A DNA stretch of 64,000 bases from NCBI GenBank assembly GCA_040954595.2, contig CM082585.2, positions 9,288,564 through 9,352,563 of the forward strand, read 5' to 3'. Below the pieces are notes generated by a model, which ran no database searches, was not told the DNA's origin, and saw nothing but the letters and a program-made list of their open reading frames with translations. Made by a program: the position numbers and the translations under genes. The stretch is from Balanoglossus misakiensis (taxonomy: Eukaryota > Animalia > Hemichordata). This document shows, piece by piece, positions 12,764 through 26,472 of the stretch; position 1 is the stretch's first letter; every line of letters starts with the position of its first letter.

Positions 12764-15158
12764 ATGTATCGGCGGCTGGTGACTGAGTTTGACCGGAACA
12801 GAGGCGACGTCGACGCCGCGGACGCGTCGGTAAGTCACGACCAATTTCTACCGTCAAGCATCACGACCATGCACGCAACTCGGTCCAAAGTTGCGAGGGA
12901 CCAAAGTCATTGTTAAACACGTCGTAAAAAACGGGTATAGGGAAAACAGCTACGGCAGACGATAAATCATCGAAAGAAGATAAAATAAATGGCGGGCAAA
13001 TCAAAAGGTCAGGGCAACGGTCACCGCGCTTGGGTCTCTACGAGAATATATATAGAGAATCAAAATCTCTTCGCATTCAATAGAGCTGTCTCCCGGTCCC
13101 CAAACGTCCATATCCGGGGAATACCTCCACTGAACAACTTTCTGAATGGTAAAGGTATTTTCCCCAGTAGAAGCTTTTTATTCCGAAGATATCCGTTGCT
13201 CGCCGCGGTCATTTTGATAGTTCTGTTTCCAGGTAGCTGTAGCGGTTTGAGAGCTTGGGGTTAAGCCGTTATTGTTTGCACCAGGGGAACTGGGGCCATC
13301 ATTACTGTCGGAAAAATAATCCGTGGATTGATTTGTTGGTCCTCTACCAGACATTGCCATACATACGACCTTTATAATGTATGTCTTGTATGTATTTATT
13401 TATTTTCATTCCTTGGTTGAATACTTTGACCTTGTAAATCGCAGCATTGTCAAGTTTTTTCTCTGTCATGCGCATTATATATCACGAGTTATTTTGTCCC
13501 TTTTTTTCTTATAGGACGACCTCGAATTAACCGATGAACAGAGAGCCGGTGAGTGCGAGTGATATTTCCAGTCGCCTTGAGATTTCTATTGTCTCGCCCC
13601 CCCTCCCCAAAAAAATCCACTTTCTGTACAACGGATAGCACTTAAGAATTTGTCGCAAGAGCAGGGATAAGCTGAGTCAACTGCTTTCATATGTGTTAGA
13701 ATCACTTACACCTATTGTTTTCAAGGGTAGCTCGGAGACGACGCTGTTTCGCCGCGTACTGGACAACAAAACACAACGACCTTTGTTTTGTGCCTCTAAT
13801 AGACATTGTCACGGTGCTGTTAAATCGCTATGGCGATCGGACAATGCCGAAGTCGATGAGTCGGGTGGAAATTTCCAACTCGACACGACAATTGACAGAA
13901 GTTTTCATTCCTCAGTTGGTAATTCAGTGAAACCACTCAGAGATCATCGCTCTCTCGGGAACCGTGCCCCCCCCCCCCCCATTTTTTAAATAAAATCGAA
14001 GACAGCCTCTTTTCAATGCCTTGATTGTTTCTCACCAACTATTCACAGATTTGAAAGAAGCTTTCACCCTCTTCGACAAAGACGGTGACGGGAACATCAC
14101 GGTGAAAGAACTGGGGATTGTCATGAGGTCACTCGGGCAGTACCCGACAGAGGCCGAATTGCAGGACATTGTTAACGAAGTAGACGCGGATGGTACGTGC
14201 ATTGTCATCCAGTCTATTGCATTTCCATTAGACAGCTCGTCTTTTGCCACTTCCAATACACATCCCCTGGCCGCCATTCAAGGGCGGGGGATTTAAGTTG
14301 CCGCTGAACTTGTTTGTATGTTTAACCAAAAGTGGCTTATTATAGACGCCTAGTTCACTCACGGGGTTCTCCCTGGTGACGTCACGTTCAGGAAATAGTG
14401 ACGAACGAAAGTTTGTTTCAGGTGAACAAACTTAGACTGAGTGTTGAGTAGATAGTAACAGACGTGATTTCTGTCCTATAAACATTGAAGTATCTTTGGA
14501 ATTTATTCCTCGTATTACAGGTGATGGGACGATTGATTTCGAGGAATTTCTCGACATGATGGCGAGACGATCGAAACGGTTTAAGGACGTTGATCCCGTG
14601 AGGGAGCTCCGAGAGACATTTCGCGTCTTCGACACTGATGGCGATGGTTACATCACGAACGACGAGTTGAGGCACATCATGAAGGGATTGGGCGTCGTGC
14701 TGACGGAGGAGGAGGGCGCTGAGATGATCAAGGAGGCGGACGCTGACGGCGATGGGATGGTTAGCTTCCAAGGTGGGTTGTTATAGAAAGTGGTATCACT
14801 CTGTCAGGGTCTGGTCACTAGGTCTATGGCATATGCCCGTATTTTTGTGCGATTGGGCGGTAGCTGACGAGATGAAGCAAGTATGGTAGTGGTTGACTGA
14901 AGCAATGATTACTATTTGAAGCTGATGGCGACAAGGTTGATAGCAAATGCCACACTGCATATTGTTTTATGTCGGTGGTGGCGCCCTTTAGTCTCTCGTG
15001 ACTTTTTTTCTTCGTCATACCAGCTAAATAAATTCTCAAAACAAGTACATGTAGTTTGTTAATACATTATTGACATCATATTTGTTTGTTTTTTATTTTT
15101 GCTGGCAGATTTTCTTAAGATGATGGGCGAAGACGCAAGCATACCAGTGGGTGATTAG
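12764..15158 (+). CDS. Calmodulin-like protein CaML1 (4 EF-hands, N-terminal extension)
   Basis: Exons 12764-12829 ([22 protein letters not shown], less certain), 13515-13548, 14049-14192, 14521-14772, 15109-15158; all GT-AG with consistent phases. EF loops [48 protein letters not shown]. Ends [15 protein letters not shown]. Confidence 0.9.
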
Positions 15159-16134
15159 GACTGGTCAGGCAAGGCAGAGAGTTTATACGGGCTGGATCAT
15201 ACCGACCGCAAATCCGATAAAAAGTTTTCACAGTGGAGAAAACATGGTAGTACTTAGGCCAGCATCTTTCTACGGCAGTGAAGCGACGCGAATATTGCAC
15301 CGTTTCAGGTTCGGACGGAGTCGGTTGAGGACTGCGAAGAAAGAGTTCGAAGTCACCGATATTCCTACATTTAGCAGTTTTTTAGGACCTGCACTATATA
15401 GTGATGATGTTCAGTAGGAAAAGAACGTCAAAAGACATAAACGCTTCACCCTAAGTGACCGTATGAGTCGCTGTTAATAACACCATAGCAGAAACGAGCA
15501 CAGTGTTACTGTCATAAATATTCATCAAAATGTCACATTTAACATGAAAATATTTATTTCTAATACAGTGGGGTTTTTTTTTTGCATTTCATTTTGTAAA
15601 TTTTGTTCAGTGCAATGTGTTATAGTTTGAGCAATGTTCATTGAACTAAAATGTTGCAAATATCGTTTTATAATAAGGTAATAAACATATTTAAAGCGCC
15701 ATTGTCTGCGTTTTATTTATTGCATGATGCATGATTGCTTAATGGTTTGCTGTCGAGCCTGATAAGATATATTGAGAACCTAGTCTATAGAGTCACGTAT
15801 GGGTTCATCCCCATCAAAGAGGGTTCGCGGCTTTTTGCAAACGTCGGTTAACATATGCCTCCCTGTGTGGGCGTGCGGAGTCATATTGATATTGCTATAT
15901 GCCCGACCGTCCAGTCCAGTCGCTGATGACTGACACACGCAGAAGAGCACAAGCGCGTCTGTATATTGATGGGGGTGATGGCGAAGATCTGGGCGCCTGC
16001 GCAGTGGGGCCGCCCAGCTTCGACCCTGAACACAAAATCACCCATCTTGTCGGCAGGATGTTTATGATTCGCAGAAGACGTCGTTCTTTGTGAAGAAGAT
16101 TTGTTTTGTGTTTATCACTGAGAGGGGGATAGAC

Positions 16135-19100
16135 ATGAACGCCATGATGAATGAAACCACTACTTTATTTGTAAGTACCTTTACTTTGATCTCGGGGAAG
16201 TGTGAGCTACAACTCGAGGGCGCGGCCCGAGCGCAGAACTGCTCAATAATAAGATCTTGCAAATTTTATTATCCTAGCCACCTCAACAGTCGCCGGAATT
16301 CTTCTCTGTCTGTTGTCGCCGAGATAAAGGTGGAGACCCGCTTGGTCGGGGCTGCCATGTCACACAAGCCGGGTAGTTTTATCATTCGCGAAGTACAACG
16401 GAGAACGGCGTGTATTAGTTGTCTTTTTGGCTGCAAATCAGACGCGTTATTCGCGCGACGTTTAGAAAGAACTCAACTGCACACACGTGGCATTTTTACA
16501 CACACACGCAGCTGCCGTAGTAAAAAAAAAACGATTAGGTTGTAATGAGCACGCAGAACAGGTTGGATCATGGGTCAGCCAAGGATTGTAATTACGTTCA
16601 GTCACGATCCCATCTGCTGTGTTGGAAATTATCACGAAGATATATGAAAAAAAAATAAAAAAGTAATCCTGTTGTATTTTTGTCTCCACCTAACGTTGAG
16701 AGACGACCGTGGTCAGAGCGTTGCTGTTAGATCACGAGTCCGTGTCGCTTCCCTTTGAAGTCTCAAACACAGTGTCAGCATTGTTCTGTACAGTGCGATC
16801 CTCTTTCAACATTGCTTACTTGGGTTTTTACACGCTATTCGCTTTTCTTCTTTTCTCTTCACAGGGCGAGGAAATGACCTCGGAGCAGCTGGCCGGTAAG
16901 AAAGGACTAAAAAACATGGAAGTCTTACAAAAAATTTGGTCGTTCGTCCGACAAGAAAATGAGAACTAAAAGCGGTTTCTTTTCAGTATGATGTCTGATT
17001 TTCGCGCTTCCGACATATTTATTGTTAATTACAATTCTTCCTTATATTGTTTAAACTTGTTTTGAAAAGAATATTTTTCTTGGATTGGGCCGTTAGCAAC
17101 AGTCGTCTGGCACAAAGTGTTGAGCGATCTCTTTATGACTTTTTAATGAGGGAGTTCAGAAGTATTCTACTCCGAGGGAGAAAAGATCTTGAGTAGCTCA
17201 CCTCCTGAACTCTAGCGGAGCCATAAAACCCTACAACGCTCGAGTTGTTTACGACATGCCCAATTGCCTTTATTCTTCCTCGGTGCTAAGTATTTATAGC
17301 CTGCTAATTTCAAAATCGAGCCTCCGCCAGTTAACGGTGTTTTATTTAAAAGGGGGACAATGCTAAGAGCTGTAAAGGTACCGCATTTTGTGCGCAGACC
17401 CCCGCGGCAATCGTAGTTGTTCAGCGCTATAACAGTAAATTCGCGAAATTACGACTTCGACAGAGCGCGCGGCGCAGATAGAGAGCCTTGAACCTCGGCC
17501 GGTCGTCCGTCTGTCAATCATGATATAAAGAAGCGAAACGCGTGATTTTGATCACCTCAGCCGACTTTCATTTTCTGGTGCCCGTCTTCGTGTAATTAAC
17601 CGCGGAAATGTCAACAACAGATGCTATTTGTGTATACTATACGTTTTCACCTCATTTGTAGCGGGCGGTGGCCGGGTATAACGTTCAGAAACGAACGATT
17701 ACAACTTGCAGTACCGCGACACTGCGTCATATTCTGTAGAGACGGCAAATTTGCAAGTCACAAATTCTATATATAGGCCAGAGATTGCCACTAAATCAGT
17801 GAAAATAAATGTCGCGTTTCTTTTAATCTGCTCTGTTGATGCTGCGGTTGTTGGCCATCACGGAACACCATGGTAACGGCGAGTACGCCAACAAAAGTAT
17901 ATAGGCCTATATCATGCCTACTTGAACTTTACTTGCACTGGGCAGACATCCGATACTGTAACATCGGTTCACAAACTCAACATGAGGCGCGTCACTTATA
18001 TGCTCTCCCACACAAGAAACGGCACGATTTCACGATATTTTATCACGTGACAGACACAGCATTCTAAATTCATGCAATTGCATGCGTATCATCCCTGAGT
18101 CATATATTGTCGCCCCGGAAAACCTTGAACATTTCCGCCTAATTCATCTGATTTGCCATCATCTTTTTCGAAATAGCACAATAGCGTTTTAAAACCAAGT
18201 ATTATTAGACTACAGTGTTTGTGATAGAAGGGATAATTTTAATAGCACGCTGTGTTTTTTTTTGTTATTTAGACTCGCGTACTGAGATAATGTGTCGGAG
18301 ATCGAACTTTAATACCTATAGACCTAAACGATGTCTCCACCTTCGTTATTTTAGGAATAACCACTGTATATATTGTCTGGGTTAGCTTGTCAATGGTCTA
18401 CTAGGCAAATGGGATCAGTCAATGTTTCGACCATGAAAGTTTGAATAAACATCCATTAGCCGTAACTTTTGACCGTTTACAGTATTTTTACATATGCTGC
18501 TTTCTCTTGTTCGATGATGAAAAGACCAGTGGCTAGCGTATCAACACAGTCCGTATGTATTCAATCAACGCTGTTGTCGTTGAGAATTGAATTAAAATCC
18601 GCCCTTGAATGCATTTGCGGACAGTAACAATTACTTGGTTACACATACACGTAAACAGAATTCTAGGTGCTTCGGTATATGATATAGGTATAAGAGGAAG
18701 AAAGTGTAACAAAAATACTGCAAAGGTAGTCAGGAGTTACATCTAAGCCTAAAAGGTTTATAACTGAATAAAAATTGTATATAATGTGCTCCAAAGAAAT
18801 ACAAAACTTCATTATATGTGCTTTTCAGTGTTTTTAGACGACATTGTTATATCGAATCACGCAGCGAAGGTCAGTAAAAACCCCTTAGGAGTTTTACGGG
18901 AAAATGGAATTAAATATTAGAGACATCATGGACATTTATTTTCATGTCATCCACGATTAGCGAGATGAGTCCTTCAGCACAGTTGGCTCAAAGAAATTAA
19001 GCTGTAAATATTTTTTTTTTTATTATTATTATTTCTTTCCCAGAATATAAGGAAGCGTTTTCAATGTTTGACAAGAACGATGACGGCAGGATTGAGTCAG

Positions 19101-19875
19101 CGGAGTTGGGAGTCGTCATGCGATCCCTTGGTTTGAATCCGAGCGACGCCGAGCTACAGGACATGATCGCTGAAATTGATTCCGATGGTAAGAACATATT
19201 CAAAGGGAAACGACCGTGTTATGCGCATGAGTCAAATCAGAGGCTATGGTTACAGAAATTGTATACAGTCATTGCTCAGTAAAATGGCGGGTCTGAGATC
19301 TCTAAGGAACATGTGGTGGCGCTCTTCTTTCGTGTGGCCTCCCACTGAAAATCTGTAATTGGCTAGCTCCCCACTCTCCATGGTAAACTGTGGCTAAGAT
19401 TGAGTTGTACTCCACAGGCAATGGCACGGTGGAATTTCCGGAGTTCATCGACATGATGCTGCGGAAGAGGGGAGAAGTCGACCCGGAGAACGACTTGAGG
19501 GAGGCGTTCAAAGTGTTCGACAGGGACGGCAACGGATACATCAGCGCGTCCGAGCTGCGCCACGTCATGATCAATCTCGGCGAGAAGCTGTCGGACGAAG
19601 AAGTCGACGAAATGATACGAGAGGCGGACATCGACGGCGACGGGCAGGTGAACTACGAAGGTAATGGTCGCCGCCATTTTAATCAGAAATTTGACTGAAC
19701 AGTATAGTGAGAACAGTCACATGACAATTTTATCCAATCACTGTACTCGTATTAAGTGCCAAATGACAGCCAGACTGATACTTTTGCTTCCATTTCAGAA
19801 TTTGTCGTCATCATGGCGGGAGAAAGTGTCTTCAAGCCGCCGGAGCGTACTCACCATAAAAAAATCAAGACTTAG
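16135..19875 (+). CDS. Calmodulin-like protein CaML2 (C-lobe closest to canonical CaM, basic C-terminal tail)
   Basis: Exons 16135-16170 ([12 protein letters not shown], less certain), 16865-16895 (31 nt, [10 protein letters not shown]), 19044-19187, 19418-19660, 19799-19875. Contains [55 protein letters not shown]. Ends [20 protein letters not shown]. Confidence 0.9.
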
Positions 19876-22455
19876 CTCTGTGTGAACGGTTTGCCACTGA
19901 GCCTTGCCGCGTTTTACACAATGATACGTCACTTCCGGGAATTCGACGTCTATCCAACGCTCTCACACATGTCTGAGTTTCGTGATGACGTCATCGCCGG
20001 TGTGTGTGCGTGTAAATTTCAGAAGCAGTTGCTGGTAAACAGAGCTGTCAATCCTTTTGGTTTTGACGGAGTGGATGGGTCGCGAAGAACATCAGTTCTG
20101 TGAAAATTTTACAGGATTGTTCTTCAACTTTCCTGAACGCCCGTTTCCATAAACAAGGTGTTCGAAGATGTGATTTAGTGAAAACGTGCGGTTCGTTTTC
20201 TTGCTGTATAGTAAATGCTAAAAATCAACGTAATCTATGATACCAAACCCCTTAGATTAAAGCTATACGGTCATCTCTAATTTACATATTCATATATATA
20301 GCCAAATGGGCGTGTCCAAGTGTTCGAATGACCACGTGGTGCCACCCACTGAAGATCTGTGATTGGCTATACATGTATTTCAATTTTCTATTGACCGTAC
20401 ACCTATAACGTTTTCACAGACAGACAGACAGACAGACAGACTGACATACAGACCAAGTTATCTTCCTTACCTGAAATCAAGCCTCAGAGTCACTGTATCT
20501 CTTCATACCATGTACACTGATGTCTCTCTGTACGCTTCGATCCCATTTGTGTTTTTTCTCAGTCCACCCACCATTCATACCAGATGTTAAGAAAATCATG
20601 TCGCCCTGTAAAGAATTTTTAAAGAAGTATACTTTAATATATATTCCCAATTTCATTTTATGCGCATATTTTAATCGTGGTGATTGGTTATATCATAACT
20701 AAATATTGTATTTTAAAGTCAGACAAGAAAGCAGGATAAATTTTTTTCTTACATTGTTTCAACGTTTTAAATTTGACAAACTTTTGGGTATTATTTGGGG
20801 TATAAAATATTTATTTTTTATGCTATTTTTATGTGACTTTCTTTTTAGTTCAATCTAGTTGAGAACCTGTCAATATCACGTGATACATTGCATTGACTTT
20901 TTCTCAGACTTCAACAGTATAGTGAAAAGGTCATCTTGTACGACAAAGTGAAATGTTCCAATAAATATATGTCAAAAATGTGATTCTAAAGAAATTGATT
21001 CTTGGGGGTAATTTGTTTAAGAGAAACGATTGGCCCAAAAGAGTAGACGGACAGACAGACGGACAGACAGACAGACAGACAGACGGATAGATCTTTCAAT
21101 ATGTGCAAATAAAAACGACGATTCCGAGGAACAACATATTTTATCCTCGGTATTAGATTTGATTAATGGATCATCATAGCCTTTCAGTGGCCGATAATCA
21201 AGAATAGGTCTATCGAGACACCTGCCTCGCAGCGATCTCCGGTTATGTTCTCTGACTGGCTCTTTTCGCCCCATGAAGTCGACATCTGTATTTTAATGCA
21301 TCGATCGATGCCGGGAATTATTAGCAGGAAAATGGGGGATTTGACGCAGCCAGCTGCACAGGTCTACAAGTGTGCTACTTTAGTAAAAAGCCTGTCTCTG
21401 GTGAGAGCCGCTGAAAAATGAGACGAACACATTTTCATGTCAGCAGGGCTATTTGAGTGAGATGCATAAGGCCGTTAAAGCTTTGCCTAATGCGTGTGTT
21501 GTAAAATGGGGTGTCGGTGAATCCGTTCGGCACACACGAGAGTGGGAGACAAACATTCAGATCACGGAGCGGAAAGAGAGAGAGAGGCGATATTATAAGA
21601 GGCCTTGACGAGCAATTTCCGGCCGTGAATAATCCAGTTGTAAAACATTAATGTAAAATTGTCCGCCTTGATGTGGAGCGCATTTGGGTCTTATTCGGAG
21701 GCGATTCACCATCACATAGAATATTACTGCCTATACGCACTGCAGGTATTTAAGTAGAGCAGCAAAAACACCCTTGTCCTGTCTGCCTTGAACAGACAGG
21801 CAACTCCTGGCGACATGTATAATAACACACGTTTCCGTAGGCAATAGAAAATCTTTATCAAGTACCTGGGTGTACACGGAATAAACATGATCAAACGAAC
21901 GCTGAGGGACATGGCTTCCTGAACTTGAAGGGCTACAAGTAATTGCGATATTTCCTAGCTCGCTTTTGTCACTGTAAGCAGGGGAAATTGATGAAACAAT
22001 TCTTCTCTGTTACCCGTGGGGATTTCCTCCGCACGTGAAAGTATTTGAGTCCTTGATAAAAAAGGACAGCCTTCCCGACGAAGGACATGATTAATAGTGG
22101 TCGCATATAGTCGTTTTTTATTTCTTTGATACAGTTTTGCAATTCGCGTTTATTTTCTCTTGTTCGGTGTTTCATCTTTGAACCCATTATCAGCACTTTG
22201 TAAAGAAATGAAATGAAAAACAAAAATTAAACAATATCTTGATATCTTCTTTCGAGAATAATTTCAAGTCATGAAAAAGTGGAGAGTAATATATATTTTA
22301 TAGTGAAATGATTGAAGAGCTCGTTCAAAAGGTTGTTTCACAAAAAGCAATTTGAATCTACTACTCAGGTTATTATTGATGTCGCCCTCTACAGTTATAT
22401 TTGTACTTCAAGATATTCTGCCGATCTCGTGATCACGTGACAGAAACTTGTCCCT

Positions 22456-22548
22456 TTAACCCTGTTACCCCCAGTTCCCTCTTTGGAGGTCCAACCTTAC
22501 CATAGAAAACAATGGGTTTGGACTGAACCATGGTGGTGAAAGGGTAAA
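22456..22548. mobile_element. Short dispersed repeat with piggyBac-like ends (about 90 bp MITE)
   Basis: Ends TTAACCCT...AGGGTAAA. The core CCAACYTTACCATAGAAAACAATGGRTTTGG...AACCAT recurs at about 53781-53863 (ending AGGGTTAA) and partially at about 49968-50025 and 51841-51885. Confidence 0.55.
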
Positions 22549-22842
22549 GGCTATCGTTAGCTCAGCCCACTACTCTCGCTGAACGCAGGTGACCATCCTG
22601 ATTGAACACAGAACTCCGCCGTCCATTTGTTAGGTTGGGATTGAATAATGACATTTTTATTATTCATGGACGGAGCATGTTATGATCGCAAATTTGTCTT
22701 TGTTATTGGTGTTTATAGCATGGGTTTGCTTTTCAGAAAGTGTGGGGAGAATACTCGGGCGTGGTCAGGGTCTCTAACCGCTGGCTTGTGCTGACATGTC
22801 CGCTGAAATAGGTCGACAAGTACTCTAATCAGAATCAAAATT

Positions 22843-22892
22843 CTGTCTGTCTGTCTATCTGTCTCTCTGTCTGTGTCTGTCTGTCTGTCTGT

Positions 22893-22926
<34 letters not shown>

Positions 22927-22949
22927 CTGTGTCCGTCTGTCCGTCTGTC
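22843..22949. repeat. (CTGT)n microsatellite, imperfect
   Basis: ctgtctgtctgt... seen directly. Confidence 0.85.
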
Positions 22950-23294
22950 ATCTAGTCTCCAGTTCCATCGTTTTGTGTTACAAGCAACAGACTAGACAGA
23001 TAGGGCTGTTCACACACCTCTATTGACTTCGCGGTCACAGAGGTCGTCCATTTATGTACTCCGTGTTGCTTTGTACAAGACGACAGGGGCATGCGCACTC
23101 GATTTCATTTGATCTGCAAATCATAATGGCTTCTAAAAGTCGCGTTATATTTCAATTTGAAACGATTGTTTGGCGCGGTATCCAGGGCGTGCACTGTAAA
23201 TAAATGCAAAGTCCATCGGGTTCTCTAGTCGACGGGTGAAATTTCAGTCGCGGAGACGGTTTGAGTGAAACAAAGAGCACACAGGCGCGAAAAA

Positions 23295-25269
23295 ATGGAT
23301 GAGATTCAGGAAAAAATGGAGGAAAGCGAACAAATGGAACAAGTTCAAGAAAACGCGGATGAAAATCAAGAAACTGTGACTGAAAACCAGGAAAAGGAGG
23401 AAGAAAACCAGGAAGAGGTGGAAGAGAACGGAGAGAAAGTGGAAGAGAAGCCGGATCTAACGGACGACCAAGATTCGGATTCATGTAAATTTGTAAGTGA
23501 GCTAAATTATTGCTGCCATTTTTTCGACCAAGCAACGATTTGTGGTTGAGACCTACACCTAGCACATGGAGATGTCGCGTGCTTCTGGCGTAGCAACAAA
23601 CAAACGCGGTCATCTCATGAACTTTCAAAGTGGTCTCTCTATAAAAGAAAGTGCCCTCGATAAGACTCAAACTTGAAGCCGACCTATTGATCGAGACGCA
23701 GCGTTGCCATGGAAACTGTTCGTCGCGTTGCTCAGAAGTCTCCAAACACATGATCTGCCCGTTGTTGCCATGTGTAAGATACCAGGAACGGACTCGGGCT
23801 TTCCTGAGTGACGTTGCTAACCACGGCACCCGTGACTGTAACTAATTGAGCTCCCAGAGGTGATCAAACAACAAGGGCGGGTATCAGACACACAATTGTG
23901 AAAAAGCATTTGTAGACACCCTTATAGGTCAATCTTTCTGAATAGCTACGAATTCTTCGAGTTCCTTACAAAATGTCGCGGGTTTATTTTCGAACCATTG
24001 TTCATCTCTCGTAAATATTCTTTCTTCTTTGCATGTCTGTCGACTTTCTTTGATTTTACATCTTCTGAATGAATGGATAAATGAGTGAATGAATATGAAT
24101 GAATGAATGAATGAATGAATGAATGAATGAATGAATGAATGAATGAATGAATGAATGAATGAATGAATGAATGAATGAATGTAATATTAATCAATGAATT
24201 ATGTAATTAACTAATTAATTAATTAATCTATTTATTTATTTATTGCATGCATGAATGCCTGACTAATGCCCCAATCCTCACGATGTCGTCTTCCCCTCTT
24301 TCCAGTATGATCTCCCAGAAGATTTGGCAGAACAGCTAACTGACGATGAAGCATTTGGTAGGAACAGTTGAAAATGTCCCTAAAATAGCTAAATCATTGG
24401 AACTTTAATTTGCATAGGTCGATATATGGTTAATAAAGTATATGCATGTAATGTAAATCCGTGAATGGCTAGATCGACCTTTTCCATGGTAACTGTGGCT
24501 TAATTTGCATTTTATTTCTTACAGTCTTTAAAGAAGCTTTCAAACTCTTTGACATGAGGAAGGACGGTACAATTGACAGGAGCGAGTTGGGAACAGCGAT
24601 GAGGGCGCTTGGGTTTAACCCCACTGACACGGATCTCAAAGAAATGATTTCATCCCAAGATATTGATGGTAACCATGCATATTAATAAATTATTTTTATA
24701 GACGTGTTTCTGTTGTCTGATTTAGATCTACCAAACGTCAACTGGATAACCTCCCACAAATCTCTTTCCCCCGTCTCTCTATCTCTCTCACATAACAGAA
24801 AACGGAACAATCGACTACAAAGAGTTTGTCACAATCATGAAAAAGCCCGAGAGAAGTGACACGGAGGATGACCTAAGAGAAGCCTTCAGGGCGTTCGACA
24901 AAAATGGCGACGGTTTCGTGGTTGCTAGGCACCTGATGATCGTCCTGCAGAAAGTCGGCGAAGTTTTAACAGAGGACGAAGCGCAGGAGTTGATAGGGTA
25001 TGGAGATGTCAATGAAGATGGTCGCATAAATTATGAAGGTAAGCTTTAAGTTAATTCAAGCTAATAATTCAAGTTTCACTTAACTTAATAATTCAAAATG
25101 GCGGCGAAATTGAGTTCTGCAAGCATGCAGGCACAAATTCTGAATTTGCGGCGACACGTGACGACAGTAAAATCAACCAACAGAGTCTTTTCTCTTACTC
25201 TACACAGAATTCGTGGCTCTCATGGCAGGGGAAAACGTTTTCAGGAAACCCGAACCCACGGAAGAGTAA
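23295..25269 (+). CDS. Calmodulin-like protein CaML3 with Glu/Gln-rich N-terminal extension and degenerate EF1/EF3
   Basis: Exons 23295-23492 ([13 protein letters not shown]...SDSCKF, 66 codons), 24306-24357 ([17 protein letters not shown]), 24525-24668, 24799-25038, 25208-25269. Loops [48 protein letters not shown]. Ends [15 protein letters not shown]. Confidence 0.88.
24066..24181. repeat. (TGAA)n microsatellite in CaML3 intron 1
   Basis: Long tgaatgaa... run. Confidence 0.9.
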
Positions 25270-26472
25270 TATATATTTCCAGGAAAGTATAGTGTGTCTC
25301 AGCTTACATTCGTATCAGAGGCAGTCGCGTGTAACAACTTGAGGTCCAACCAACCAAGAACGCAGGGACTGAAGACACCGGCGCACATGACATGCATAAT
25401 TTATCGATCAATTCGCTTGGTATATTTTATGAGCAAGTTGACATTCTTTGATGTAAATAACAAGGCGATATTCGCCGTGAGCACCTCTGCACACTTGCTG
25501 GAGATATTAGCATACATGTATGTAAGTAGGTTGATATAGAATTTAGTCAGTGGGAGGCGAAAGAATAACAGAAACATACGTACAATTTTCACGAAACACA
25601 ATTCGAACTAGTCAAAACCATGGACGGAATTTTTTTCTCAGAACTTTCAATTTCATTATTGGTATATTATCTTAGATACATTTGATAAGTGAATGGCGAA
25701 ATTTCAGTGAAACATATGGGCAGTCCTGAGTGTTTAGATTAATTGGCGTAAGTCCTTTGGTATCGGATATACTTTTTAAACTTAGATTTCTCGTTTCTCT
25801 GGCGACTGGGTAAATGGGGCCAATCATTCAATAATTACCTCTTTAAAACACACACTTAATGAAACACCCACCGTGTCTTGTCTCAATCTGTTATATCAAC
25901 TTTACTTTCAATGCCACAATTGAAAACTTCAATGGAAAATATGTCTTATATTTTGTACATATCCTTGTATTTGCTTGTGTATTTATTAGAAATTAAACAA
26001 AGTTTGTTAGCACCAGTGTATTTTAGCACGGAGTTTATAAATGTAATATCTTAAATAATTTAGTGACCTATCTGGATGGGCGTGTTATGTTAATAATAAT
26101 TGTACATTGATATCTGGTCATAATTTAATAAAATATGTTAACGTTTACAGTTTTATAAAATTCATACTCATCATTTCTGCTGAGAGACCGAACCGTTGGG
26201 TTCGGCATTTCAGTGTTGCTATGGTTCAGCTCGTGTGTTTGCGTTGCCACAAGAAAAATTCCGGCGGCTATTTTGAGAGTCTCTCATGGAGGAACCTTGT
26301 CATTGTATTTCGCTCGCACCGTGCCCTGCGCATGTTCCCCGGCGTCAATGGGCCGCTCAAAGTTCAGGTCAAATGGTTGTTAGGAACTGTTTCCAAGGCG
26401 TGTGTTAGTAAATACATCGTCAGCGGCCGCACCGTCCGATACACAGACACGTGAAGAAGCCACGAGACAAAA

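Noticed and set aside
23152-23829. 225-aa minus-strand ORF
   Set aside because: Antisense shadow of the purine-rich acidic CaML3 exon.
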